From Methyloprofundus sp. (lineage in GTDB: Bacteria; Pseudomonadota; Gammaproteobacteria; Methylococcales; Methylomonadaceae): DNA of 64,000 nt. The notes under the pieces are model-generated. The model was not told the origin of the DNA. It saw nothing but the letters and a program-made list of their open reading frames with translations, and ran no database searches. The DNA is taken from NCBI RefSeq assembly GCF_965251085.1, contig NZ_OZ252594.1:1545859-1609858 (forward strand), read 5' to 3'. Below are positions 31,367 through 40,885 of the stretch, piece by piece; position 1 is the first letter of the stretch; each line of letters starts with the position of its first letter. Position numbers and translations under genes: made by a program.

Positions 31367-32068
31367 AATGATAAGCTCATTGAACTACTTCTGTGTGTCA
31401 GAACAGCACGTCAGCAGGGCGTTAAACGAATTACCTTGGTTGCACCCTATTTGTGTTATATGCGTCAGGATATTGCAAATAAACCTGGAGAAGCAGTTAG
31501 TCAGCGTATAATCGGGCAAATGCTGGCAGAGTTATTTGATGATGTGATTACCGTCGATCCGCACCTGCATCGTATTTCCAGATTAAACCAGGCAATCCCG
31601 ATAGCTAATGCGATTAGCCTGACTGCGACCGAGGAAATTACTCAATTTCTGCAACAAAAATTTAATCATGCCGTGTTACTCGGACCCGATAGTGAATCCG
31701 AGCAATGGGTTGCCGCTATTGCCAAAAAATTAGGCTTTGAATATTCGGTTGCTGAAAAAGTACGTCTAGGTGATACGCAAGTAAAAATGGCCCTGGCAGA
31801 GCATGATTTTCTGAACAAAACCGTGGTGATTATTGATGATATGGCTAGCACTGGTCGAACTTTGGCAAGGGCGAGCACTTTAGTTCGGGCTTCAGGTGCA
31901 AGTGAGGTTTACGCAGTGATTACCCACCCCTTATTTTGTGATGATGCAGAGGCGCATATTATGCAGTCAGGAATACAGGCGTTCTGGAGTACCGATAGCA
32001 TAAATCACTCTAGCTCTTGCATTCACCTGGAGCGTTTGTTGGCGCAGGCAATACGAGAAATTGTATAA
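31367..32068 (+). pseudogene. PRPP-synthase-like protein, 3' part
   Basis: PYLCYMRQD, VDPHLHR and IIDDMASTGRTL motifs. Confidence 0.88.
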
Positions 32069-32226
32069 GGCACCTGGAAACACACATCATCCAACTTTGC
32101 TGGTCTTTTTGTCCGTTATTAGCTCTGTAACAATAGTTACGTAAACAGCTATGCGCTAACTGTACAGCACTAATAATAAACAAAAATCCTGCCCAAATAT
32201 TGGACGCTTATTTATATCCAGGTGCT
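32069..32226. mobile_element. MITE family B copy (no hairpin module)
   Basis: TIR ggcacctgga / tccaggtgct flanked by TAA, the left one being the prs-like stop. Confidence 0.7.
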
Positions 32227-32347
32227 TAAGTGAAAAAACTTAAAGAGCCATTGTGCTGGTTACTTTGTGATGCAAACTAATATTTAAAATGACAGATGAT
32301 TTAGTAAATCTAATTGCCGTTTGTTGGTAAGTCTTGTAAGTGTAACA

Positions 32348-34041
32348 CCTAAATCCTGCAAGCATTATACATAATAATCCACAAAACTCCTTATTAAACA
32401 ATGATATAATATCATTTTCCTGATTTCACTATCTCATTGTTTTAATGAAGCCCTCTAAAGTATCAAAATCCTCATCTCACGTAAGAAACCGTACCCGAAC
32501 GGTAAAAATGACATCTACAGCACATGGATTGACAAGCCAGGCGGGACTGATTCCCGTCGTGAAATATTTAGACAGGATAGGTTTTGAAAAAACCGTAAAA
32601 CAAAGCGTTCCACATCGGCGGGGTGAAAATGCAGACCATCACTTATCTGATGTGGTTCTATTGACGTTGGTTGGCATGATGGGGGGAGCAACATCAATGG
32701 CAAAGGTGACGACCGTATGGGCAGATAGCGTACTGCGCAAAGTAGCTGGCTGGATAAAGATTCCTGTTGAAACCACAATTTTACGGATCTTTAAAGAAGT
32801 AAGTGATAGGCAGATAAGCCAGTTTGAAACGCTCACGCATACTTTGCGTGGTCAACACTGGCGGCGATTGCTTCGTTCCGGAAAATCGAAAACTGGCATA
32901 CAATCCGTCCAGTGGGTCGATGTCGATTCAACTGTGGACACCGTTTGTGGTCGACAAGAAGGAAGTGCCAAAGGCTTCAACCCCAAAAAGAAAGGTGCCC
33001 GTTCATACCATCCACAACTCGCTTTTCTAGCGGAAACAAAAGAAATTTTACAAGCCTGGTTCCGGACAGGCAATGCCTTTACAAGCAATGGTGTTGTAGA
33101 ATTTACCAAACAGTTACTTGCACACTTGCCCAATCGGATGCGCATTATTTTTCGCGGTGACAGTGGTTATTTTGTCGGTGATTTGCTTGAATTTCTCGAT
33201 ACCAGAGGGCATGGGTATCTAATAAAGGTTAAACTTAAGAATTTGAACGCATTGCTGGCCAAACAGGCCTGGACAGCCATACAAGGCCGACCCGGTTGGG
33301 AGCAGAGCGAGTTTCAATATCGTTGTGGTGGCTGGTCTCGCTCTCGTCAGTTTGTCGCGGTCAGGATAAAGCAACCTAAACAAGTGACAGGACCTCAGTC
33401 CGAGCTTTGGGATACGGCAGAATATGACTATTTTTGTTATGTAACAACTGAACCTCTATCGCCTTGGCAAACACATAAGAAGTATGGTGAACGAGCGACG
33501 TGCGAAACATGGATTGAAGAAGCAAAATCACAAATGGGTTTAGGTAAAATCAGAACGAATCAATTTCTGGCTAATGCCGCATTATTTCATTGCGCCGTTC
33601 TTGCCTACAATACCGTGCGCTGGATGGCTCAATTGAGTGGCAACAAAACGTTGTGCCAATGGGAGCCGGATACACTTCGTACTTATCTGATTCGGGTGGC
33701 TGGAAAATTACTCACAGGCAATAATCAGCTGAGAGTCAGAACACCTGCAGATCCGCTCTATCCACAGGAATGGGATGATTGGGTTAAGGTGGGGTTACTC
33801 GCTTAACATTAACCGAAGTTAAGTCACTTTGATTAAAAGGTCATGGCACGTTGGCAGGGTGTTTATTGCCTTGGGCTCGGGGGATATCCATACGATACAA
33901 AAAATTTCCTCTATTTATGATTTAAATCTGGATATTTTGATCGGTTGGACAAAGAGGGCTGGCAAAGCGGCAGTAAAAACCTAATAACCACTTAGCTAGA
34001 CAGGTTAATGAGAGTCAAAATATGGGCTTGCAGGATTTAGG
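32348..34041 (+). mobile_element. IS1380-family element, copy 2
   Basis: Same TIRs, 1694 bp, TSD taaca. Confidence 0.95.
32445..33806 (+). CDS. IS1380-family transposase
   Basis: 453 aa; differs from copy 1 at two residues. Confidence 0.92.
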   Translation: MKPSKVSKSSSHVRNRTRTVKMTSTAHGLTSQAGLIPVVKYLDRIGFEKTVKQSVPHRRGENADHHLSDVVLLTLVGMMGGATSMAKVTTVWADSVLRKVAGWIKIPVETTILRIFKEVSDRQISQFETLTHTLRGQHWRRLLRSGKSKTGIQSVQWVDVDSTVDTVCGRQEGSAKGFNPKKKGARSYHPQLAFLAETKEILQAWFRTGNAFTSNGVVEFTKQLLAHLPNRMRIIFRGDSGYFVGDLLEFLDTRGHGYLIKVKLKNLNALLAKQAWTAIQGRPGWEQSEFQYRCGGWSRSRQFVAVRIKQPKQVTGPQSELWDTAEYDYFCYVTTEPLSPWQTHKKYGERATCETWIEEAKSQMGLGKIRTNQFLANAALFHCAVLAYNTVRWMAQLSGNKTLCQWEPDTLRTYLIRVAGKLLTGNNQLRVRTPADPLYPQEWDDWVKVGLLA

Positions 34042-34075
34042 TAACAGCTAAAGCATGTTAAAATGAATCAATTCT

Positions 34076-34104
34076 AAAGCCGACTATATTTGTCGGTTTT
34101 TTTT
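34076..34104 (+). terminator. Intrinsic terminator-like hairpin upstream of queD
   Basis: gccgac-tatattt-gtcggt followed by a T run. Confidence 0.55.
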
Positions 34105-34137
34105 ATTTATTACACAAATATAAGGTATTAAAGTAGC

Positions 34138-34491
34138 GTGTACACAATTTCTAAACATTTTGATTTTAGTGCAAGCCATATCATCGAAGGATTACCAGAT
34201 CTGCACCCTTGCAGCCGCTTGCACGGCCATAATTATGTTGTAGAACTGGTGTTAGCAGCAGAAGAACTTAACGCTACAGGGTTTGTGGTCGATTATAATG
34301 AACTTATTGTTTTCAAGAAAATGATTGATGAGACTCTGGATCATCGTCATCTAAATGATGTATTGGATGGGCCAACCACGGCTGAAAGCATCGCTAAATA
34401 TCTTTATGAACATGCTAAGCAGATATGGAAGGAAGTTATCTCTGTCAGCGTAAGTGAAACACCGAAAACGAATGCTACCTATCGCCCCTGA
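34138..34491 (+). CDS. queD: 6-carboxy-5,6,7,8-tetrahydropterin synthase
   Basis: FSASH, CSRLHGHNY, LDHRHLN, TAESIA and ETP motifs; GTG start. Confidence 0.9.
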   Translation: MYTISKHFDFSASHIIEGLPDLHPCSRLHGHNYVVELVLAAEELNATGFVVDYNELIVFKKMIDETLDHRHLNDVLDGPTTAESIAKYLYEHAKQIWKEVISVSVSETPKTNATYRP

Positions 34492-34519
34492 CATTTAAAA
34501 ATAATAATAATAAGTCATC

Positions 34520-35614
34520 ATGCCGCGTAATGAAACGTCTAACCTGCAGTTTATAAAAGATAGCATAAAACGAATTTTTCCAAATGCTCAGGCTATCGCT
34601 CTAGCAATCATTTTAATTGTAGGTTTTCTATTAATTACATCCTTATCAGATGTTTTAATGCCTGTTTTTATTGCCATAGTGTTAGCCTATTTATTAGAAG
34701 GTATGGTAAGAAAGTTAGAGCATAAGATTAAACGTCTGCCCGCTGTATTTATTGTGTTTTCTGGGTTTATGGGAGCTTTTAGTTACTTATTATTCGGCTT
34801 GATGCCTATGTTGTATAAGCAATTAAAGCAACTCTTGCAACATACACCAGATATTATTAAGAGCTCTCAGGCCGAGATTTTAAAACTACCCGAAGCTTAC
34901 CCGCAATTTATCTCTGCTGATAAACTGAGTGAATTTATGTTTGCCATACAACAGGAAGCCTTGAATTACGGACAGGATCTACTAGGTTTTTCTGCTTCAT
35001 CGGTCGTAGGTATTATCAGTGCGTTGGTATACCTTATTCTGGTTCCGGTGTTAATCCTTTTTTGTTTGAAAGATAAAAGGCTTTTATTGGACTGGTTTGC
35101 GAAATTTATGCCCAGAGACAGGTTATTATCTATCAACGTCTGGGCAGAAGTGGATATGCAGCTGGGCAATTATGTACGCGGTAAATTTGTTGAAGTTATG
35201 ATTCTAGGATTAGCCAGTTTTATGACTTTTTCTGTCTTAGGGCTAAATTATGCGGTATTGCTCTCAGTATTTATGGGCTTGTCTGTCATTATCCCCTATG
35301 TTGGAGCAACTCTGGTTACTTTTCCGGTGTTAGGTGTTGCTTTTTTTCAATGGGGATTTAGCAACGATGAATTTATGTACATAGTCATCGCCTATTCAAT
35401 TATTCAAGCCATCGATGGCGTGGTTCTGGTCCCTTTACTTTTCTCGGAAGCGGTTAATCTGCACCCTGTCGCTATTATTGTTGCCATCTTATTTTTTGGT
35501 GGGCTTTGGGGGTTCTGGGGCGTGTTTTTTGCTATTCCTTTAGCAACCTTAGTAAAAGCGGTAACTTCAGCCTGGCCACGCCTGGATGATAAAATGGACA
35601 CTTTTGAAATGTAA
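34520..35614 (+). CDS. AI-2E/PerM family transporter
   Basis: Multi-TM; IPYVGA, LHPVAIIVAILFFGGLWG. Confidence 0.88.
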   Translation: MPRNETSNLQFIKDSIKRIFPNAQAIALAIILIVGFLLITSLSDVLMPVFIAIVLAYLLEGMVRKLEHKIKRLPAVFIVFSGFMGAFSYLLFGLMPMLYKQLKQLLQHTPDIIKSSQAEILKLPEAYPQFISADKLSEFMFAIQQEALNYGQDLLGFSASSVVGIISALVYLILVPVLILFCLKDKRLLLDWFAKFMPRDRLLSINVWAEVDMQLGNYVRGKFVEVMILGLASFMTFSVLGLNYAVLLSVFMGLSVIIPYVGATLVTFPVLGVAFFQWGFSNDEFMYIVIAYSIIQAIDGVVLVPLLFSEAVNLHPVAIIVAILFFGGLWGFWGVFFAIPLATLVKAVTSAWPRLDDKMDTFEM

Positions 35615-36399
35615 TGACGATGAAAAATACGCAGCGGTTATTACAGATTATGCAGCGGTTAAGAGACCCAGAAACTGGCTGCTCATGGGATAAAAAGCAA
35701 AACTTTAGCACACTGATTCCGTACACGCTGGAAGAAGCATACGAAGTCGTCGATGCGATCGAACGCAATGATATGCAGGATTTAAAGTCTGAATTAGGGG
35801 ACTTATTGTTTCAAGTGGTATTTCATTCTCAGCTCGCAGAAGAGCAGGACTTATTTGATTTTGAACAGGTAGCAGCCGGCGTTGCAGATAAATTAGTGCG
35901 TAGGCATCCCCACGTTTTTTCTGATGTTCAGTATACTGATGAAACAGAGCAACATCAGGCCTGGGAAACTTTAAAAGCCGCAGAGCGAGCAGAAAAAGAA
36001 GCTGAAAACCATACTATTTTATCCGGTGTGGCAAAAAATCTACCGGCTTTGGTACAGTGTAAAAAGATTCAGGATCGGGCTGCCAATCATGGTTTTGACT
36101 GGACTGAAATTGAGCCGGTATATGCAAAAGTGATAGAAGAATTAGACGAAGTTAAAGAAGCCTGGGAATCTGGTGATAAGCAACATATAGAAGAAGAGAT
36201 AGGTGACTTATTACTGGTTGCCGTAAATCTCGCCCGACACATGCAGGTTGAGCCAGAACAGGCTTTAAAAAAGAGTACCCGGCGCTTTGAATATATAGAG
36301 CATAAAGTATTGCAATCTGGACGCGAAGTAAAGCAGTGCACACTCGATGAATTAGATGGTTTATGGGATGAAGCTAAAATCGCACTGAAGAATAAATAG
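35614..36399 (+). CDS. mazG: Nucleoside triphosphate pyrophosphohydrolase
   Basis: LRDPETGCSWD, EEAYEV, ELGDLLFQ and EEIGDLL motifs. Confidence 0.93.
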   Translation: MTMKNTQRLLQIMQRLRDPETGCSWDKKQNFSTLIPYTLEEAYEVVDAIERNDMQDLKSELGDLLFQVVFHSQLAEEQDLFDFEQVAAGVADKLVRRHPHVFSDVQYTDETEQHQAWETLKAAERAEKEAENHTILSGVAKNLPALVQCKKIQDRAANHGFDWTEIEPVYAKVIEELDEVKEAWESGDKQHIEEEIGDLLLVAVNLARHMQVEPEQALKKSTRRFEYIEHKVLQSGREVKQCTLDELDGLWDEAKIALKNK

Positions 36400-36401
36400 T
36401 C

Positions 36402-36462
36402 TGTAGAGCGGACTTCAGTCCGCTATTTTTGATTGAAAGTAGCGGACTAAAGTCCGCCCTAC
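36402..36462. repeat. GTAG-type REP doublet
   Basis: tgtagagcggacttcagtccgc...gcggactaaagtccgccctac. Confidence 0.8.
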
Positions 36463-36520
36463 CTAAGGTATCAGTCTTTATAGTTCCCAACAAAAGTAAC
36501 AAGAGAGATAAAAACATAAA

Positions 36521-36835
36521 ATGACAAGCTTTGAAAATGTAACCGTCGTAAAAAAAGCAAATATTTATTTTGCTGGACAAGTTAGCAGTCGCACGATTCA
36601 GTTTGCTGATGGCACAGAAAAAACTCTGGGCTTTATGTTACCAGGCGAATACACATTTGCAACCGGCGCAAAAGAAACGATGGAAATCATGGCGGGTGAG
36701 CTAGAAGTATTACTACCTGGAACAGAGCAGTGGCAAAGTATTAGTGCTGGCGAATCTTTTGAAGTTTCGGGAGATTCGAAATTTCAAGTCAAGATAAACA
36801 CCCCGACAGATTATTGTTGTTCATACATAAAGTAA
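36521..36835 (+). CDS. ppnP: Pyrimidine/purine nucleoside phosphorylase (DUF1255)
   Basis: KANIYFAGQVSSR, KTLGFMLPGEYTF and DYCCSY motifs. Confidence 0.9.
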   Translation: MTSFENVTVVKKANIYFAGQVSSRTIQFADGTEKTLGFMLPGEYTFATGAKETMEIMAGELEVLLPGTEQWQSISAGESFEVSGDSKFQVKINTPTDYCCSYIK

Positions 36836-36839
36836 TATC

Positions 36840-37058
36840 ATGACCGAGCAACGCTTAATCTCTATAGAAACAAAAATTGCCTATCAGGAAGATACCATTG
36901 CACAACTCAATGATGTTATATGCACGCAACAAACTCAAATTGATGCATTAGAACGTCTTACGCAGCAACTAATCGGCCGAGTTCGCGATTTATCAGCAGC
37001 AACAGCACAGTCAGCGAGTGCATTTTCAGCGGCAGATGAAAGGCCACCGCATTATTAA
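36840..37058 (+). CDS. slyX: SlyX family protein
   Basis: LETK/IAYQE..I..LN coiled coil; C-terminal ERPPHY. Confidence 0.9.
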   Translation: MTEQRLISIETKIAYQEDTIAQLNDVICTQQTQIDALERLTQQLIGRVRDLSAATAQSASAFSAADERPPHY

Positions 37059-37104
37059 AGTTTTCGAAATAAAGATCCAGCTTCCAGGTTGACTCAGTTA
37101 TTTC

Positions 37105-37160
37105 GTGCAGATTTTTAGCGGCTGAGTTTTTGCCGATAGCTACGTAGCCAGTTAAGTATA
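37105..37160. mobile_element. Truncated MITE family A fragment
   Basis: gcagatttttagcggctgagtttttgccgatagctacgtagc matches the family A left arm. Confidence 0.6.
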
Positions 37161-37184
37161 TGTGGTGAATTAATTTAATATTTC

Positions 37185-37311
37185 TGTAGGATGGGTAGAA
37201 CGTAGCACCTGTTTTTTTAGGTGCGCAGTGACTCGCAAGAGCGCGCAGTGAAACCCATCAATCCCACGTAAAATGATGGGTTTCGCAAAAACATGCTCTA
37301 CCCATCCTACG
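37185..37311. repeat. REP doublet related to 24926..25047
   Basis: tgtaggatgggtagaacg...ctctacccatcctacg. Confidence 0.75.
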
Positions 37312-37441
37312 CAAATCTTAACATAATTATGTATCAGTACTATACAACCGCATCCATGGCCACGCGAAGCAAAGCATAGATATTTGCGCGGTTTAGTCAA
37401 AGGGCAATCAACTGCTAATTTTTTCACAGGATAAAAAAAGT

Positions 37442-37906
37442 ATGACCAATAATGATGTTTTGCGTCGCATTCGCTACACTTTCGACTTCGATGACAACAA
37501 GATGATCGCAGTCTTTGCACAGGTCGACTCTCAGGTTTCGCGGGAGCAGATTAGCAACTGGCTTAAAAAAGATGATGACACTGATTATCAGGAATGCAAG
37601 GATGCTGATATGGCTATTTTTCTGAATGGATTCATTAACGAGAAGCGTGGGAAAAAAGAGGGTTCACAAGTCGAACCCGAGCAGTCTTTGACTAACAATC
37701 TTATCTTTAGAAAATTAAAAATTGCCTTGGATCTAAAAGACGATGACATTTTAGTGATAATGGAATCAGTTGACTTTCGACTAAGTAAGCACGAACTCAG
37801 TGCATTTTTCCGTAAGCCAGGTCATAAGAATTACCGCGAGTGTAAAAATCAGATTTTGCGAAATTTCTTAACAGGCGTGCAAAATAAATACAGAAAAAAT
37901 GACTGA
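37442..37906 (+). CDS. DUF1456 (YehS) family protein
   Basis: MTNNDVLRRIRY, FLNGFINEKRG and HELSAFFRK motifs. Confidence 0.88.
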   Translation: MTNNDVLRRIRYTFDFDDNKMIAVFAQVDSQVSREQISNWLKKDDDTDYQECKDADMAIFLNGFINEKRGKKEGSQVEPEQSLTNNLIFRKLKIALDLKDDDILVIMESVDFRLSKHELSAFFRKPGHKNYRECKNQILRNFLTGVQNKYRKND

Positions 37907-37939
37907 GGGTGCCTTGCTTGCCTTTTAGTAAGGAAAGCT

Positions 37940-38170
37940 GTAACTACTCTCAGACAAGCTGAGTAGTTACAGCAAAATAAACACTGTAGGATGGGCAAAG
38001 GGCTTCATCCGTGCCCATCAACGAAACATGATGGGCACGTCGCACCTCCTTGCCCATCCTACAAAACGCTTGTGCCATCAGGGTATTTTTTATCAAATAC
38101 CTGCTTTTCTAGTGCCTGGCTGGAAATATACAATCTAATTTCGTAACTATCAGATACGCTGAGTCGTTAC
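37940..38170. repeat. REP doublet with tail (37982..38136) bracketed by two gtaactactcag/ctgagtagttac hairpins
   Basis: Hairpins at 37940-37970 and 38143-38170; a third such hairpin at 62536-62564. Confidence 0.75.
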
Positions 38171-38216
38171 GGAAATCTTAGGTTTTTATGATAATTCTCG
38201 CTCCAAACTTAATATT

Positions 38217-39656
38217 CTAAACAGATATATGCAAAGAGCGTCCGCTTAAAGCCAGCGCACTTTCATGAATTGCTTCAGAAATCGTCGGGTGAGCATGAAT
38301 GGTTCGTGCGATATCTTCAGCGGTCGCAGAGAACTCCATCGCCAGGACCACTTCGGCAATTAATTCGGACGCGAGTTCGCCAATAATATGTACCCCTAAA
38401 ATGATTTCTGTGTCCGCTTGCATAATCATTTTAACCATTCCCGAGGTCGTGCCTTTAATTAGCGAACGACTGGTTGAGCTAAATGGGAATATACTGGTTT
38501 TGATATTTTCACCTATCGCAAGCAGGTCTTGCTCTGTTTGCCCTACCCAGGCTATTTCAGGATCAGTATAAATAACATTTGGAATAGTATGATAGTTAAT
38601 CGGGGATTGCTGCTGCGCAATGAGTTCAGCGACAAAAAACCCTTCTTCTATGCCTTTATGCGCAAGCATGGGCCCTGATAATGTCAGGTCACCAATAGCA
38701 TAAACCCCTGGTAGTGTAGAGCAACAGTTTTCATCGACATGCACAAAACCATCTTCATCTAATAATAGATCGGCAGAGGCCGCTATCAGTGTCTCCGTGT
38801 TAGGTTTCCTACCTGAGGCGACGACTAGTTTTTCAAATAAGCATTGGTGTCGTCCCTGGCTATCTTCGTATTCTACATTGACCTGGTCTTGTTCAATCTG
38901 TGTAGAAATAACGCGTGCGCAGAGCCGAATATCCATCCCCTGTTGACTATAAAGTTTAAAAGCTTCATCAGATATTTCCTGGTCAGCCATGGTCATAAAT
39001 GAGCCTTGTGCTTCGAGTATGACGACTTTTGTGCCTAACTTGTTCCAGATACCTGCAAGTTCGATGCCTATCGCCCCAGCACCAATTATCCCCAGCGTTT
39101 TAGGTGCACTTTGCAAATTCAGAGCGGTCTGCACATCAATAATAAATTCATTATCGATCGGTGCAAATTTCAACTCGACCGGGCTGGAGCCTGCAGCAAG
39201 GATTATCTTATCTGCGGTTATCACCTTGGGCAGGTTATCACTGAAAGGAATGATTTCTACCCGATTAGGGTTGATAAGTTGAGCATCGGCCTTAATAATC
39301 TCAACTTTATTATCGATAAATATTTTCTCGACCTGCTGGTTTAATAAAGCAACGATAGATTCCTTACGTTTTTGCATTTGTGGAATATCTGCCTGGATAT
39401 TGTCTGCACTAATACCATGGTCGGAGATACCGTGATTAACTAAATTAAATAATTTTGCCGACTCTAATAGCGCGACAGCAGAGATACAGCCACCATTAAC
39501 ATAATTGCCGCCTAGGCAAGGAGTCGAGTTTTTTGAGACCCAATTATCAATACAAGCCGTTTTCAGGCCTAATTGAGTAGCACGAGTCGCCGCAACATAG
39601 CCTGCAGGGCCGGCACCTATGACAATTACATCGAAATCATTTTTTTGTTGAGACAT
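38217..39656 (-). CDS. lpdA: Dihydrolipoyl dehydrogenase-like protein (E3) with an atypical active site
   Basis: GAGPAGY FAD motif, GAGAIGIE, HPTISE; the disulfide motif reads GGNYVNGGCIS instead of GGTCLNVGCIP. Confidence 0.85.
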   Translation of the reverse strand: MSQQKNDFDVIVIGAGPAGYVAATRATQLGLKTACIDNWVSKNSTPCLGGNYVNGGCISAVALLESAKLFNLVNHGISDHGISADNIQADIPQMQKRKESIVALLNQQVEKIFIDNKVEIIKADAQLINPNRVEIIPFSDNLPKVITADKIILAAGSSPVELKFAPIDNEFIIDVQTALNLQSAPKTLGIIGAGAIGIELAGIWNKLGTKVVILEAQGSFMTMADQEISDEAFKLYSQQGMDIRLCARVISTQIEQDQVNVEYEDSQGRHQCLFEKLVVASGRKPNTETLIAASADLLLDEDGFVHVDENCCSTLPGVYAIGDLTLSGPMLAHKGIEEGFFVAELIAQQQSPINYHTIPNVIYTDPEIAWVGQTEQDLLAIGENIKTSIFPFSSTSRSLIKGTTSGMVKMIMQADTEIILGVHIIGELASELIAEVVLAMEFSATAEDIARTIHAHPTISEAIHESALALSGRSLHISV

Positions 39657-39670
39657 GAGCTGATCCTGAC

Positions 39671-40885
39671 TTAAATATTAAGTAATAAATGTGCAGGCGA
39701 TTCCAAACCTTCTTTAATCGCGACTAAAAACTGCACTGCGTCTCGTCCGTCTACTAGACGGTGATCATAAGATAAAGCAAGATACATAATAGGGCGTATA
39801 ACAATTTCACCCTTTTCAACAACGGCACGTTCGGTAATCGCATGCATACCTAAAATGGCACATTGTGGTGGATTCAGAATTGGTGTTGACAGCATAGAGC
39901 CAAAAATTCCACCATTGGTAATGGTGAAAGTGCCGCCATTAAGCTCATCGTAAGTAAGCTTACCTGATATTGCTTTCTGGCCAAAATCGACAATATTCTT
40001 TTCTATCCCTGAAAAATCCAGCTGGTCGGCATCGCGTAACACAGGAACAATCAGGCCACGGGGTGAAGAAACCGCGATACCTATATCATAATAACCATGA
40101 TAGATAATATCTTCACCGTCAATCGATGCATTGATAGCAGGAAAACGTTTAAGCGCTTCAATCGAGGCTTTAATAAAAAAAGACATAAAGCCTAATTTAA
40201 CCTCATGTTTCGCAATAAAGCGCTCTTGATACTGCTTGCGTAAATCAATAACACTTTGCATGTTGACCTCATTGAAGGTGGTTAACATGGCAGCGTTTTG
40301 CTGAGCTTGTAATAAACGCTCTGCTACTTTCGCGCGTAAACGCGTCATTGGGACACGTTGTTCTGACCTGCCATTGCTAAGTGTAGAGCTGACATTAGAG
40401 CTAGACTCTATTGTGGGTGGAGGCTCTGATTTTTCTTCAGTTTGCGGTGCAGGAGTCGCATGTTGAGTTAAATAATTTTGCACATCACTTTTAGTGATGC
40501 GGCCCCCTTTACCGGTACCTGTTACCAGCGCGGGATCAAGGTCATTCTCAAATATAATTCGGCGTACTGCAGGGCTTAACGGGATTTCAGTACTGGCTGG
40601 TTCGGTGTTTGCAACTTCAGGGGCGGGCGCTTGAGTTATTTCTTCATTTTCGGTGCTAATTCTAGCCAGCAAATCACCACCGACGACAGTGCTGCCATCT
40701 TGCACAATAATTTCACTCAGTACGCCTGCTTTAGGGGATGGGACTTCAAGTACAACTTTATCAGTTTCCAGGTCGACTAAATTATCATCTTTCTGAATGC
40801 TATCACCGACTTGCTTGTGCCAAGTGATTAAAGTCGCATCTGCAACAGATTCGGGTAAAGTTGGAACGCGGATTTCTATGCTCAT
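39671..40885 (-). CDS. sucB: Dihydrolipoyl succinyltransferase (E2o)
   Basis: Lipoyl ETDKV; catalytic DHRLVDG. Confidence 0.95.
   Translation of the reverse strand: MSIEIRVPTLPESVADATLITWHKQVGDSIQKDDNLVDLETDKVVLEVPSPKAGVLSEIIVQDGSTVVGGDLLARISTENEEITQAPAPEVANTEPASTEIPLSPAVRRIIFENDLDPALVTGTGKGGRITKSDVQNYLTQHATPAPQTEEKSEPPPTIESSSNVSSTLSNGRSEQRVPMTRLRAKVAERLLQAQQNAAMLTTFNEVNMQSVIDLRKQYQERFIAKHEVKLGFMSFFIKASIEALKRFPAINASIDGEDIIYHGYYDIGIAVSSPRGLIVPVLRDADQLDFSGIEKNIVDFGQKAISGKLTYDELNGGTFTITNGGIFGSMLSTPILNPPQCAILGMHAITERAVVEKGEIVIRPIMYLALSYDHRLVDGRDAVQFLVAIKEGLESPAHLLLNI

Noticed and set aside
34042-34137. preQ1 riboswitch upstream of queD
   Set aside because: Only a terminator-like hairpin is visible; I cannot find the preQ1-I stem plus A-rich tail
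8236-38170. Repeat clusters as a possible CRISPR array or integron cassette array
   Set aside because: No regularly spaced direct repeats with unique spacers, no cas or intI gene, and no attC-style GTTRRRY boundaries around genes
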